64,000 bases of DNA from Octopus sinensis (GCF_006345805.1 NC_043016.1:22010001-22074000), one strand, 5' to 3'. Shown: positions 11,261 to 23,696, numbered from the stretch's first letter. Made by a program: numbers and translations. The notes: generated from the letters alone by a model not told the origin.

Positions 11261-13278
11261 TAAAGCATGTAATATAGGCCCAACTTTGCATTTAGGAGCC
11301 AGGACCCAAGCCAACACACAGTTCCCACACAAGTGATACCTTTTTACCATAGTCTGAAGACTTCTGATTCAAGAAATATTTCAGCAGACTACAACACTTG
11401 AATAAAACCCAGAAAGGAGTACTACTCCAACACTTGGGATACACATAGAAATATCATAAGCTGCACACAATAGCAGGCCATCCAATTGATTGACAAAGAT
11501 TCATTCATCAGCATACTGTATTTTTAATGGCATATACAATTTTTAATGGCATATATACTTTTTCTACCCAAAATGTCTCAAAAATTCCCTCTAGCTCCTA
11601 AATGCAAAGTTAGACCTAGTGCATCCTTTAATGCACTAATATTTTATTTCTGAAAATACACTGCTGGAATTGCAGTGTGTCTAATATTCTCATGCACCTT
11701 TTATACCATCAAATATGATATTTCAACCTCTGATCCACATATTTAGAGTAGTTGTTGCTTGCCTTCTCATCTAAACTAGCAAGTTGCTGACTTGAGTCAT
11801 CTAAATCTCTCTTACTCACATCACTCATACTGTGTCTCACATAAGAACTTCTCACTATACTTTAGACTCTCCTACTCATCCAGAATTTTCATACAACTTT
11901 GCAGTCTTCTGAGACTTGTGAAAATGATACAGTAGATATTTACTTCGCCTATAGTTTCCACTAGCAATGTTCCTTCCTTTTAAATAAGCCATAAAAAAAA
12001 AAAAAAAAATTGTTTTACTATTTCTATCAATACTCTGCAGAGTTTGCTTTTTGACAGCTGCATGCTATTTCTATCACTAGCTATTTAGAATGATGTCAAG
12101 CAGACTCAAGAACAAACATAGTTACAAGTGGCTTATCAAACAAATAACACAAAACAGTGGATATTGTAAGATTGGATTTTTTAACTCTGTGGCAGTGGCC
12201 TAAAATCTTTATCTCACAGTCCGTGGGAAATATAGAAAAGAAAACATATTTTGATAAATATCACTTACAGGGTGACATGATAGTTTTGATAACTTACTAA
12301 CAAGCATAATCTAGCAATAAGGATACTAGACAAATGGCCACATAGAATCTCTCCCAATGAAAATAGCAGCTAAATTTTCTTCAAATCATACTCTACTGTT
12401 ATAAAAACAAGATGGTCACAGTTGGAAAGCTTTGATAATAATTTTGCTAGATAAGAATGTTGAAATAATGCAATCCAAGATATAATAACTTCAAATAAAA
12501 GGAAGATAGGATGGTCATAGCAGGTGGAATCTCTTTGTCTGCTGGATCAGTGATCACCTGGGGATGATCAATAACTACAAAATCAAGATGAAATACAGCG
12601 GATATTGTAGTTCTATAGATATACTATGATTGAATAAAAGAGGGGTCAGTCATGGCTAGAATAACTTTGATTCTATGTCTGCTGGATAGGGGTTTGCCTG
12701 GGGTTAGACAACAAAGAACACGGTGGATAATGTAGTTTAAGGTACATTATGTTAGGATGAAAAAAAAAAACAGGATTGTCACAGTTGGAGCATATTTGAT
12801 GGTAATTTTACATCAAGCCTATAAATTCATAAAACAGGAGTTTTTCAAGATGTTTAAGTTGAAGGGTTAACTCTGTGATGGACTGGTATACATCCTGAAC
12901 TCAACACCAGTTTATCAGTGTTAATCCCTACCCAAAGTGCCCACTGGAACTTATTTTCAACTGCATATACCAGAGTAACATGAAATAAAGTGCTTTATTC
13001 AAGAACACAATGTGACATTCAATCTGAGAATTTAACCCATGACTTAATAATTATGAACCTTAATACCTTATCCACTAGACTATACGCTTTGATACCTTTG
13101 ATCATAAGAGTGCTAAACAAGGCTTACTCTGGAATTAAATAATAATGCAAACAAAGGATACAAATGATAAGGTACTTCTAGGCACATTATGTCTCAATAC
13201 CTTTGACCATAGGTTCTTTAATCTGGGCTAATTCGACAGCAAAGCAACAACAAAAGTTACAAAAATTCTAACACTTAC

Positions 13279-14709
13279 TTAGTTGTGTCTGATAACAGCT
13301 TTGCAAGTAGTGTTGTTGTGAATCCTTTAGTGACAGATCCAATGAAGAATTTTATATTCTTGTCATTCCGGATGCCTTTCTCTCTGTCTGCTAGTCCAAA
13401 TCCTTTGGATAATAAAACCTCACCATTTTTCACCATAGCAATTGACACAGCTGGTATATTCCGACATTTCATGACAGTTTGTATGAACGCTTCATATTCA
13501 CACAAATTTTTTTTCAGCGCCAAGTCTTGGCCATGGATTGATGAAGCGCTATCACAATCATTGGATACCTTGTTGCCCTGTGTGGCTTGAAAGTGAAGGT
13601 CTCGTTTAGTTTTAACTTTTTTGCCAACACTTTTGCTAACATTACTCTTACCAGTGTTAATGGTAAAACGTTTATAACTGGTGCTAGCAGCAAAATTACT
13701 AATGTCCCCATCATCTCTATTAATGCTTCTATGTTTTCTCCTTCGTGAATTGATTCTTTTACTAAAACTTGTGTCACTGTTGTTGCCATAGTTATTAATG
13801 TTACCATCATGATTAATTTTACCCCTACTACTACCGCTGCTGCTGCCACTACTTTCGGTACTACTGATGTTGTTGCTGTAATTGTTAAAGCTTCTAACGT
13901 TATTGCTCTTATTGGTATAGTTAGTTCTGTTGTTCCTCCTAAAGTTATTTTTACTGTTGTTGTGGTTGGTACTGCTAACACTATTGTTCTCGTTGTTACT
14001 ATTTCTTTTGTGGATACTGACAATTTCATCCAAGCTATTAATGATTCTTTTCTTTGTTTTCTTGATACCATTGTTCTTGGGGCTTTTGTGTTTCCTTCTT
14101 TTGCTATTAGGTTCGTTGATGTTGGGGTTACTATTTTTGCTCTCATTCCTACTGTCATCACTGATAACGATGTTTTTGTGATTGTGGTTGTTGTTGCTGT
14201 TGTTGTTGTTGCTGTTACTGTTGATGTTTCTTTTATTGCTTTCACCATTTATATTGTTGCTGTCGTTGTTGTTGTTGTTTCTATCGCTGTGGTCCCTTGC
14301 GCTATGTTTCCCGCTAGAACTACCTTTGCTATCTTTGAAGCTACCGCTTCTGTTGTTGGCGTTATTGTTCCCGTAATCATACGTAACAATGATATAACCG
14401 CTTTTACTGTTGGTACCACTGATGCCGTTCTGCCAATGATGACCACCAACATTATCACCATCACCAGCATCAGAGCCACCATCACCAGTTTCACCACTGC
14501 TATCAGCTTTTATAATTATTTCCTTTTCTGCACCATTCTCATCGCTCTCATCTCGGACCACAATGAACTCTACGTTTTTGTATTCAGAGGTGCTACTTAT
14601 GTCCTTTTTGTTGTCAATGCTACTGTCCGTGTTAGTGGTAGCTCTCTTGCTTGTTGTACTGTTACATCTTTTGTTCTTGTTCTTGATGATAGTGGGGGGG
14701 TGCTACTAC

Positions 14710-14743
<34 letters not shown>

Positions 14744-14904
14744 AACAATGATGTTGTTTGTGGTGGTAGTCGTCGTGTAGCTGGTTACGTCGGTTACATT
14801 GTCTTCCAGTATCCGAAAAACTTCAGCGCTGAAGGCTGCTGAGAAAATACTCACTATTAAAAGACCTATACACGACTGTGCAGCACTGGTCTTTCGTCAG
14901 TCAT
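13279..14904 (-). CDS. Exon 1 of a serine beta-lactamase/PBP-like (PF00144-type) hydrolase gene, with a putative signal peptide and long low-complexity N-terminus; two apparent 1-nt frameshifts near the 5' end
   Basis: The ORF 13275-14561 ends in FIQTVMKCRNIPAVSIAMVKNGEVLLSKGFGLADREKGIRNDKNIKFFIGSVTKGFTTTLLAKLL, the N-terminal block of this family, with catalytic S-x-x-K (SVTK at 13337-13326). A canonical donor AA|gtaagt lies at 13279/13278. The frame stays open upstream to TAG 14705-14703. An ATG in good context (AAGATGA, 14904) reaches it only via +1 nt in the AAA run at ~14895 and +1 nt in the C7 run at 14700-14694. Confidence 0.85.
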
Positions 14905-15698
14905 CTTTGCCACTGCAGCTAAATGGTGCAATGTAGAAAATGTGCATGTGTGTCTGTATATGTGCCCGTGTCTGCCTGTCTGTCTGTCTGTCTGTGGGGA
15001 ATTGGGTGTAAATGTATGTGTGCGCGTGTTATCATTGAATGCAGAATGTATGCGTGTGTCTGTCTGCATGTAGGAGAGGAGTTGAGTATATGTGTATGTG
15101 TGTGTGTGTGTGTGTGTGTGCGTGTATATGTGAATGTGCGTGAGTGATTGGGTGTTGATAAACTCGTGTATGATTAAGTCTAGATATGTGTGCGTAACTG
15201 GGTGTATGCGTGTGTTGAGTGTAGACGTGTATGTATGTAATTTTTTATGTGTGTATGTGTGTGATTCTGATAAAAGGCGAGGAAAAGAGAGCTGATGTTA
15301 AGAAAGAGGGATAAGTGAATGAAAAAGGAAAGGAGAGACGGACAGACAGAACGAGAGATAAATAATGAAAGGGGGAAAGAAGAAAGGTGGAGTGGACACA
15401 GATTGAAGAGGAGCTAGCTACAGAGAGAGAGGTCGGGAGTATGAAAACATAGATAATGATAGTTATTAAGCGTAGCCAATAAAGGATTTTCCACATGGTC
15501 ATTCGATCTGCTAGATAAAAGAAAGAAAAGCAACTAAATCTTCCTTAAATCGCACTTTACAGTCTTAAAAGATCTTAAAATTGGAGGGAGACTTTGGATA
15601 ATGTAATCCTTTATGTTATGTTATATTATATTATATTATATATGTATGTGTATGTATGTATATTATATATTATGTGTGTGTGTATATGTATACGCACG

Positions 15699-15729
<31 letters not shown>

Positions 15730-15973
15730 ACACCACACACTGGTCATATTTTATTATTTTACGAGCACCTTGCACTCTGCTTCGTCAGTTGGCGATTGGA
15801 GATTAATACACACACACACACACACACATGTATGTATGTATGTATGTATGTATGTATATATATATGTGTGTGTGTGTATATATATACAAGATAAGAAAAT
15901 GGAGAAACACATCTAAATCAAATATCAATTACCAGATAATACTCAATCACATACTTTATTAAAGCACCACATA

Positions 15974-16105
<132 letters not shown>

Positions 16106-16131
16106 ATATATATATATATATATATATATAA

Positions 16132-16162
<31 letters not shown>

Positions 16163-16774
16163 TTATTAGGCGGAGATTTGGATCAGGACGCCCACATAAT
16201 TGGATTTTTTCCGTTTTGACGGAAATTTTCCACCACACCTCCCCTACGCCCCCTCCAGATCGATTCTGGCCAATTTGATGGAGCGCTACTCACTTTAAAA
16301 CGGTGGCGGGAGCCTTTTCCGTTAAAAAAAAAAAAAAAAAAAAAATTTGAAAATATTTTCAGACGGAAAACTGTGTGATTTAAGGGAGATTTTAGCTATT
16401 GTTTCTTGCACATCTAACGACCACCTGATACCTTTTTTCGTTTCTTTTGTCAATGTATTTATGTTTTCCAATATTTTTCTTTCTTCCCAGAAACACATTT
16501 AATGGAATGATGATGATGCGGAAGTAACACACGGGTTTTGTTTTAGCTCAAGAGTGGTCCATTGCTGGGATTTAAGCAACAACACAAAAAAAATCGGTAA
16601 CTTAAAATTTTTAACACCACCACCACCACCCCATCGCACCAACCGAATCCTTGTGTGCGTGTATGCGCGCGCGCGTAGATATGTAAGAAAAAAACGTATT
16701 TACTAACAGAATACATACCTTTTTTAAATGACTGGATAAATCCTGGCAATGACTTTCTTAGTTTTTTTTTTTTT

Positions 16775-17160
16775 TTTACTTGTTTCGGTCATTTGACTGC
16801 GGCCATGCTGGAGCACCGCCTTTAATCGAGCAACTCGACCCCGGGACTTATTCTTTTTGTAAGCCCAGTACTTATTCTATCGGTCTCTTTTGCCGAACCG
16901 CTAAGTAACGGGGACATAAACACACCAGCATCGGTTGTCAAGCAATGCTAGGGGGACAAACACACACACACGCATATAAATATATACATATATACGACAG
17001 GCTTCTTTCAGTTTCCGTCTACCAAATCCACTCACAAGGCTTTGGTCGGCCCGAGGCTATAGTAGAAGACACTTGCCCAAGGTGCCACGCAGTGGGACTG
17101 AACCCGGAACCATGTGGTTGGTAAACAAGCTACTTACCACACAGCCACTCCTGTGCCTAT
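16775..17160 (-). mobile_element. Full-length tRNA-derived SINE
   Basis: Reverse complement of the 8544-8917 element, with A/B boxes at the right end and the tail at the left. Confidence 0.9.
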
Positions 17161-17744
17161 GGTTCATCAATATTTTAAAATTATAAACGGGGTGGGGGAG
17201 AGGTTAAAAAAGAATCAAATTTTCAAAACTTTTTAACAGAATACTTTCCTGTTAGTAAATGTTTTTTCTTACCCCTCCCCCACTCACACACACAAACGCG
17301 CGCGCGTACGAACTCGCTTGGTGCCGTGGGTGAAGAAACGAGGAAGATGCCAGGTGGTCGTCGAATGTGCTAGAAACAACAGCTAAATTTTCCTGAAATT
17401 ACACACCTTTTTACCTAAAAATATCTTCAGTTTTTTATTATTGTTTTGTAACCAAAAAGGCTTCCCACATCGTTTTTAAGTGCATAATGCAAAAAAAGAA
17501 TTGGTCAAAATCGGTCCAGAAAGGAGGTGGCTGGAGGGATGGGCAGAAAAAAATCATAAATTTCCAAAATTTCTTCAAATTTGTATTTTACAATCTTTAG
17601 GATGTTGCTTTGAAATTATTGTACTTTTTAGCATAGAAGAAGTTCACTCCCCTTGTGACATAGAGTTACCTTGGTTAACTGAAATACACAATATTAGAAA
17701 AAAAAGATGGTTTTGTCATAGCTGGGGAGCATTTCATCATAGGT

Positions 17745-18045
17745 ATCCTGGCAGTGGAGCCACATGGCCTAGTGGTTAGAGCAGCGGACTCACTGTCGAA
17801 GGATTGCAAGTTTGAATCTCAGACTGGTTTATGAGCGAAACACCGAAGTTCCACACGGCTCTAGCAGAAAGTAATGGCAAACTTCTGCTGACTCTTTCAC
17901 CACAACTTTCACTCTTTCCTCCTGCATGTAGCAACTCATTGTGACGGACAGGCATCCCATCCAGGTGGGGAACCTATACACCAATGAAACCGGGAAACCA
18001 GCCCTTATGAGCCAGGGATGGCTCAAGAAGGAACAAACAACAACA
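17745..18045 (+). mobile_element. Second tRNA-SINE family with a conserved central (V/Meta-like) domain
   Basis: tRNA head tggcctagtggttagag...gtttgaatctc, central gtgacggacaggcatcccatccagg and (CAA)n-like tail. Related to 60003-60245. Confidence 0.65.
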
Positions 18046-18564
18046 TGCTAGATTAGAGTTGGCCTTGACTTACTAAGATACATTATGTCTAATAAAAGAT
18101 GAGATGGCCACAAAAATACCTTTATTTTTTGGCTATCAAACTCCAGGTTTTCCATTTAGATGATTATGCAAAAACAAGATAAGTGATGGCTGTAAAATAC
18201 TTGATGACTGGATAGTCAAGCTGGATCCAGGATGGTGATGCTTGAACAACATCAAGGACATGATGTATTCCTTCATATTATATGTCTGACAAGACTGGAT
18301 TATCATGAACAGAACATTTATGATAGATCTGATGAATCAGTATTAACAGCAACTCCTCAGACATATCACATCAGCTGATTCTTTATGAATCTTTTTCTTA
18401 CAAAAAAATTTACCAAATAACCTGTTGTTATGGAGACTTTATCTGTCAACCAATTAGAATGTTCTTTGTAATCTGTTCACTGCCAATACCATTTGGCAAG
18501 CCGTTTGTTCTCATTCACACACAGCGTTTTTATTGGGAAACTAAATTGGTTTTATTTTTATTTT

Positions 18565-18915
18565 ATTTTATCTAGTTTCAGCTCATGAGCTGTAGCCATG
18601 CTGGGGCACCGCCATTTGGTGTTGCTACATGATTTTACTTCACGAATGCTTTTTAGCAATTGCCATTTGGTGCATGAGAGAGTTCAATGCAGCTGCCCTC
18701 ATCTGCACCTCTTGCCATGAAGTTGGTTCATCTGGGACACCTGACAGGAAGAGATCCAGTTTTATTTTAAAGACATCTGCATCCACCCCATGCAGGTCTC
18801 TCAGGTTCTTTGGGAGGATATTGAAGAGCTGTGGGTCTCTGAAGCCCAGGCTATCTCAGTATCTTGTCCTACATCTTGATGGCAAAGTGGAGTCCTTGGC
18901 ACTATGCAGTGGAGC
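18565..18915 (-). mobile_element. CR1/L2-group LINE 3' end
   Basis: The minus strand reads SLGFRDPQLFNILPKNLRDLHGVDADVFKIKLDLFLSGVPDEP...AAALNSL, a typical CR1-like C-terminus. A stem-loop tail and T-rich (poly-A-like) end follow. Confidence 0.75.
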
Positions 18916-19829
18916 CCAGTTCTAGTATTTGTGTAACTCTCGATGCCAAAGTTTGGGACAAGTCCTTCTAGGATATGCATGACCTGACATTTTCATATTA
19001 CCTTTTCTAATATAATTCCATTTGTATCTAGAATGCATTGGCTGCCAGAACTTGGCTGATACTTTATTACTGCCTGTAAAAAGATAAAAGGCAAAATTGA
19101 CCATTACAGGATTTGAACTCAGAAAGTTAACATCCACAACTAAATACTGAAAGGCATTTTGAGAGGCACTCTAATGATTCTGAAACATGATCAATATTTT
19201 TTCATGTTTGAATTTTATTGCAGACAACACAGATAATTTCTTCTTTTTTTTTTTTCCGTTGTAATTCAGAAAGAAAATGCAAGTTAAGAAAAAGGGAGTA
19301 GCCTGTATAAACAATTTTGTAAGATTAAAACCATACAATGTAATATCACTGTGTCTGCAGGACACAGGCAAGAAATGGATACAAAAAGGAACAAGACTGT
19401 TTTGTTTGGCAGTTGATGGAAGAATTAAAATTTTTGTGCATTTATGTTCCAGCCTACTTCTTTGACTGGCAAGGAATTTTTTTTCCTTTTCGTGTTTGTG
19501 TGTGTGTGCATGTGATTCTGTGTATACATGTATCATGTATGTACCGTGTGCATGTATCCTCTGTGTGTGAGGCATGTGTGTGTGTCGTGTGTGTGTGTGT
19601 ATGTATTTGTGTGTGCATGTGTGTGTAAGCATGTACAGCTAAGTTTCAGCATCAATTTAATTTGAAATTTTTTTATGGGTTAAAATAACAGAAACTATTC
19701 CATTATTTTTATGAATTTGTTTTGCAAGATTCCTGATGTGAAATTGTGTGTTGAAACAGATATTGTTATATTTCAGGGTGGTAATTTTTTTCCTTGCCAA
19801 AAAACACATGCATTATATAAGATGGATAT

Positions 19830-20400
19830 GACATCAAAAATACCAGACTGTCACAGTCATTCACCCCAAGCAGCAAACTAGCATACCTTTTTAGAAAAGC
19901 ATTAGATAAGGCAATCTATGGATTAAAGTAGTAGGAAGGTCAGGAACCCCAATAAAATCCTTGATCTGTAGAACTTACCCCATTGATAGGTCCCCATGTA
20001 TGGAGAACAATTGTATAGTATGCAGGATGAACCCGCAGGTTAACTATAAGATTAAGAATGTAGTCTATAGCTTACGATGTACTGAGAGACGGTGCAGAAA
20101 CAAAACAACAAATTATATTGGGGAGACAGTACATAGCATAGGGGAATGAACAGGTGAACACTGGTGGGAGCTCAAAGAAGAGAAAAGCTAATCAGTGCTC
20201 TACCAACATACTCAAGTAGAACATAGCGTCTCATTTAATAACATAGAGGTTAAGGTATTATCAACACGACAGATTATGGAGGCCACACACATAGTAATAG
20301 GCAGACCAGGCATCAACAGAAAACATGAATGGAGCAATAATACCTGCCACCACCACACCACACGGCATGATGACTAAAGACAGAAGGAAAAAAAAGGACC
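19830..20400 (+). mobile_element. Penelope-like element GIY-YIG fragment
   Basis: ORF 19961-20149: CIVC...KNVVYSLRCTERRCRNKTTNYIGETVHSIGE, continuing ..EH...SVLYQH (VVY..C..C..YIGET motif). Confidence 0.8.
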
Positions 20401-20581
20401 CAGATACAAACAGTATAATATATACACAAAAAACAAACATTCACATACTTATGAAAGATAAGAAATAGAGATAAACAAGTAAACAAATGAAAAAAATCTA
20501 TGTAAACAGCATCGATACAAGCAACATAGTAAGCAAACCCATGTACACACAAACACGCATACAAAATGCATAGACATGTTT

Positions 20582-20614
<33 letters not shown>

Positions 20615-22767
20615 GATACAGACACAAATGCATGTGCAGATAAGGATATACATCATAGAAAGATAGAATAAGAGTATACACATGGATGGATGAGTTTCTG
20701 AAGAGGTCACAGGTGTGTGACAAGAGATTTCCAGACAATAGGCATAAGATGTGTAAGAACTATTTAATAAACAAGTTAAGAACAAATATATAGTGCATGT
20801 GTTTCTTTTTTTTTGGCAAGGAAAAAATGACCATTCCAAAATATAACAATGTTCAATTATTATTTTTCATAAAATCCGAGAATATTTTTATTATAAGGTA
20901 AATTATTCAATAATTTTCAACAGCCGGAAGTTAATTAATATAAAGTAGTTCAAAAGGAGAAATTATCTGAGGCCTTTCAACTGTCAGAGATTAAATAATA
21001 GAAAAGCTCTATTCATGCCTAAATCCATAGCTGCAACCTTAACGTCTCAAAATGTAGCCAGTCTAAGAGCGCAAGCAGACAAAGTGATACAATATCTTTG
21101 ACATATTTAATACTGGACAAATCTCTCTCTTCAAACCAATTTTTTTTTCTGTAATTTTCTGATGAGATCAATTGAGCCAACACTTGTGAAGGTACTGTAA
21201 ATAATGTTACTGAATCAATAAATACTCGAAAAGAACATTGGCATTTTTGTTGAGTATGAGACAGTTAAGTTTAACTTTATCAGGGAAGTCTTAAGTGGGG
21301 ATGATTGATATTTTTAGATCAATGAGCTCAAAAGTCAATGGTCTACAGATACATAATCTTTCAATTGTATTTTAGATTTATAATGTTATGCTTGGAAAGA
21401 GGAAATACAATTGAAGAATGGTGCTTTTTGAAGATTAAGGACTCATAGAAGATGGCTAGCTGAAATGGAGTGAGAGTATGATCACACATGTAACTAAGGA
21501 CAATAGCAAATTATTTGTCCTTGGATATTTAGCATTACAAAATGCAAAAATCAAGAAAGCAAGTGTGTGATGTAAAGGAAGAAAAAGACAGAAGTGAAGA
21601 GAGAATTATGGTAGTCTTAACTGTCGGTCTGGAAAAGAGTCACTTTCAACATCCACGTGCTGTCTCAATCTCCAAGATTTACTCCACGTCCACGTGTACT
21701 ATCTGTCACTGTAGAGTCTCACATGTCCCACTGTCTGACCCCTTGTGCTTCGCTGATGCCTCATGTTCACCACGGCACTTCCGGTGGGATTCACAGGCCC
21801 CACTTCTGACAAGACATGCCTACTCCCTCACTTCTGATCCTTCCCTACAACACAGGCCCCACCTGATCTGAAGATCATTCAACCAACCTGCCCACAACCT
21901 CTTCTCAACCCTGACCACACGCCTTAACTCGTCTCGTAATCAGCCAACCAGCGAGGAGGGCACCACTCCCTCTGTGACCACCTTGGGACTTCAGGACTGG
22001 CCTCAGTTCCTGGTATGTTCCTGCCGGCTTCGTCCTCTTGTCCATTACTGTTGGCCCCATCCTCTGTTCCAGCGATGATCCTATGCAGATCCAAAACAGA
22101 TTAAGGACTCATAGAAGATGGCTAGCTGAAATGGAGTGAGAGTATGATAGCAGTAGTCATCACACTAAGGACAATAGCAAATTATTTGTCCTTGAATATT
22201 TAGCATTACAAAATGTAAAAATCAAGAAAGCAAGTGCTACAGAATAAAAGAGATTTACTTGGGTTGGAGTGGGGTAGGGGGCATCAGTAAAGTGGCTATA
22301 CATTTCAGCCAATAGTTTGCTATATTACGCCTGATAATGTGATTTACTCAAGTAAAATGGACTATGAATGACAGAATTAGTGAGGGTGATAGGATTTGTT
22401 ATCCAGCATTTTTCTTCATCCAGTCACTTGAACCCACACTGAAAGCCTTAAACAATAGTAATGATGAGAAAATTTTTGATAATTGAAAGTTAAATAATAG
22501 AACTGAAAGCATTAAATATGATGCTATGTGTTCAAAAGAAAAAATTCTACTCTCAAAGTGACAGAGGTACTGTGCATAATAATGGTTGAATGGCTGTTTT
22601 CTTTGGATATTATTTTATTTTCCAAGAAAATGAAAAATGTTCTTATGTTACCTATTTTTAGTAATTTGATGTCCAGCCATTACCTAAAGAACAGATTCAT
22701 TTCTCTTATTTTTCTTTTTTCTTATTTTTTATTTGTATTTACCTTTTTGATATTAAAGAAAATAATA

Positions 22768-22808
<41 letters not shown>

Positions 22809-22960
22809 TTTTCCATATTTCCCTGTCATCTAATCTCCAAATGTTGCAAAAAATAGATAAATAAATAATTCAGCTTTATATATATATATATATATATTAA
22901 ACAGAATGAGATAACAAATCCTAGGCTGTGAGGAGTTTTCAGAACATTTATAATGATATA

Positions 22961-23008
22961 GTCTTACAGCTGTTTCTGGGGTATTATGGATATCCCTTCA
23001 TCAGAGAC
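22961..23008 (-). ncRNA. Type I minimal hammerhead ribozyme motif (near-intact)
   Basis: Minus strand: GTCT-CTGATGA-agggatatccataatacccca-GAAA-CAGCTG-TA-AGAC. Stem I GTCT/AGAC is perfect and the core is intact. Stem II is GGG/CCC plus TAT/ATA with an A.A closing mismatch. Stem III is palindromic and the cleavage triplet is GUA. Confidence 0.75.
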
Positions 23009-23131
23009 GATGTGAGAAAATATTGAGTTCGAATTATTGTGGAAAAGATAGGGAATATAGAGGGAAATAAGAGAATGGAAGTAAAATTAAGATATAAATA
23101 GATATTGTAGTTGCAGTTCCATTATTCGAGG

Positions 23132-23164
<33 letters not shown>

Positions 23165-23633
23165 TATCTTATTATATCTTATGATAAAAGGCAGATTTTC
23201 TCTGCCTGTGAGTATGTTTCTTTTTAATACAATTGTACAATATAGAATTTCTTCAATTGGAATTTACCTATGATTTTTCAAAGTAGATTCGATTGGGTCA
23301 TGGCATATACATTTTTTCAATTTCACCCCCAATTAAGCAAAAATTCGAGAAAACTCAATATTTTACAATTTGCCTCTCTCATTTCAAATGCTTTACTCCT
23401 GCTATTACCACACTTTCCCCTACTTTCTCTTTGCAAGTGTATACCACTATCATATCCTCTTTCTGCAACTTTTATTCAACATCACACATTCTGCTACTTT
23501 CTCTTATTAATGCTTAAACCAAAAAACAAAAAAAAAATGGAAACAGAGATCTGTCGCTAACTTTTGGTAGTATTCATTGGCGAGCGTACTTCAGTTGTCA
23601 ATTGTTGAAAGAAAGAAATTGTAAGCTAAGAAG

Positions 23634-23664
<31 letters not shown>

Positions 23665-23696
23665 TGCATGTGTGTGTGTGTGTGTATGTGTGCGTG

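Larger units (their letters stand above)
171..13278 (-). other. Intron 1 (13,108 bp, GT-AG, phase 2) of the beta-lactamase-like gene, filled with TEs
   Basis: Canonical splice sites join two in-phase halves of one conserved domain. Extra small exons inside it cannot be excluded but are not needed. Confidence 0.85.

Noticed and set aside
13279-13500. Bacterial contamination or recent HGT of a beta-lactamase; gene symbol LACTB
   Set aside because: The domain is split by a 13-kb spliceosomal intron full of host TEs. The motif (GSVTK) and signal-peptide-like N-terminus do not let me assign LACTB orthology, so no symbol is given.
13809-14780. 323-aa plus-strand ORF, and other overlapping ORFs at 13514-14497
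   Set aside because: Antisense or alternative-frame shadows of the AAC/AAT/AGT-rich exon 1. They are V/T/I low-complexity with no domain signal.
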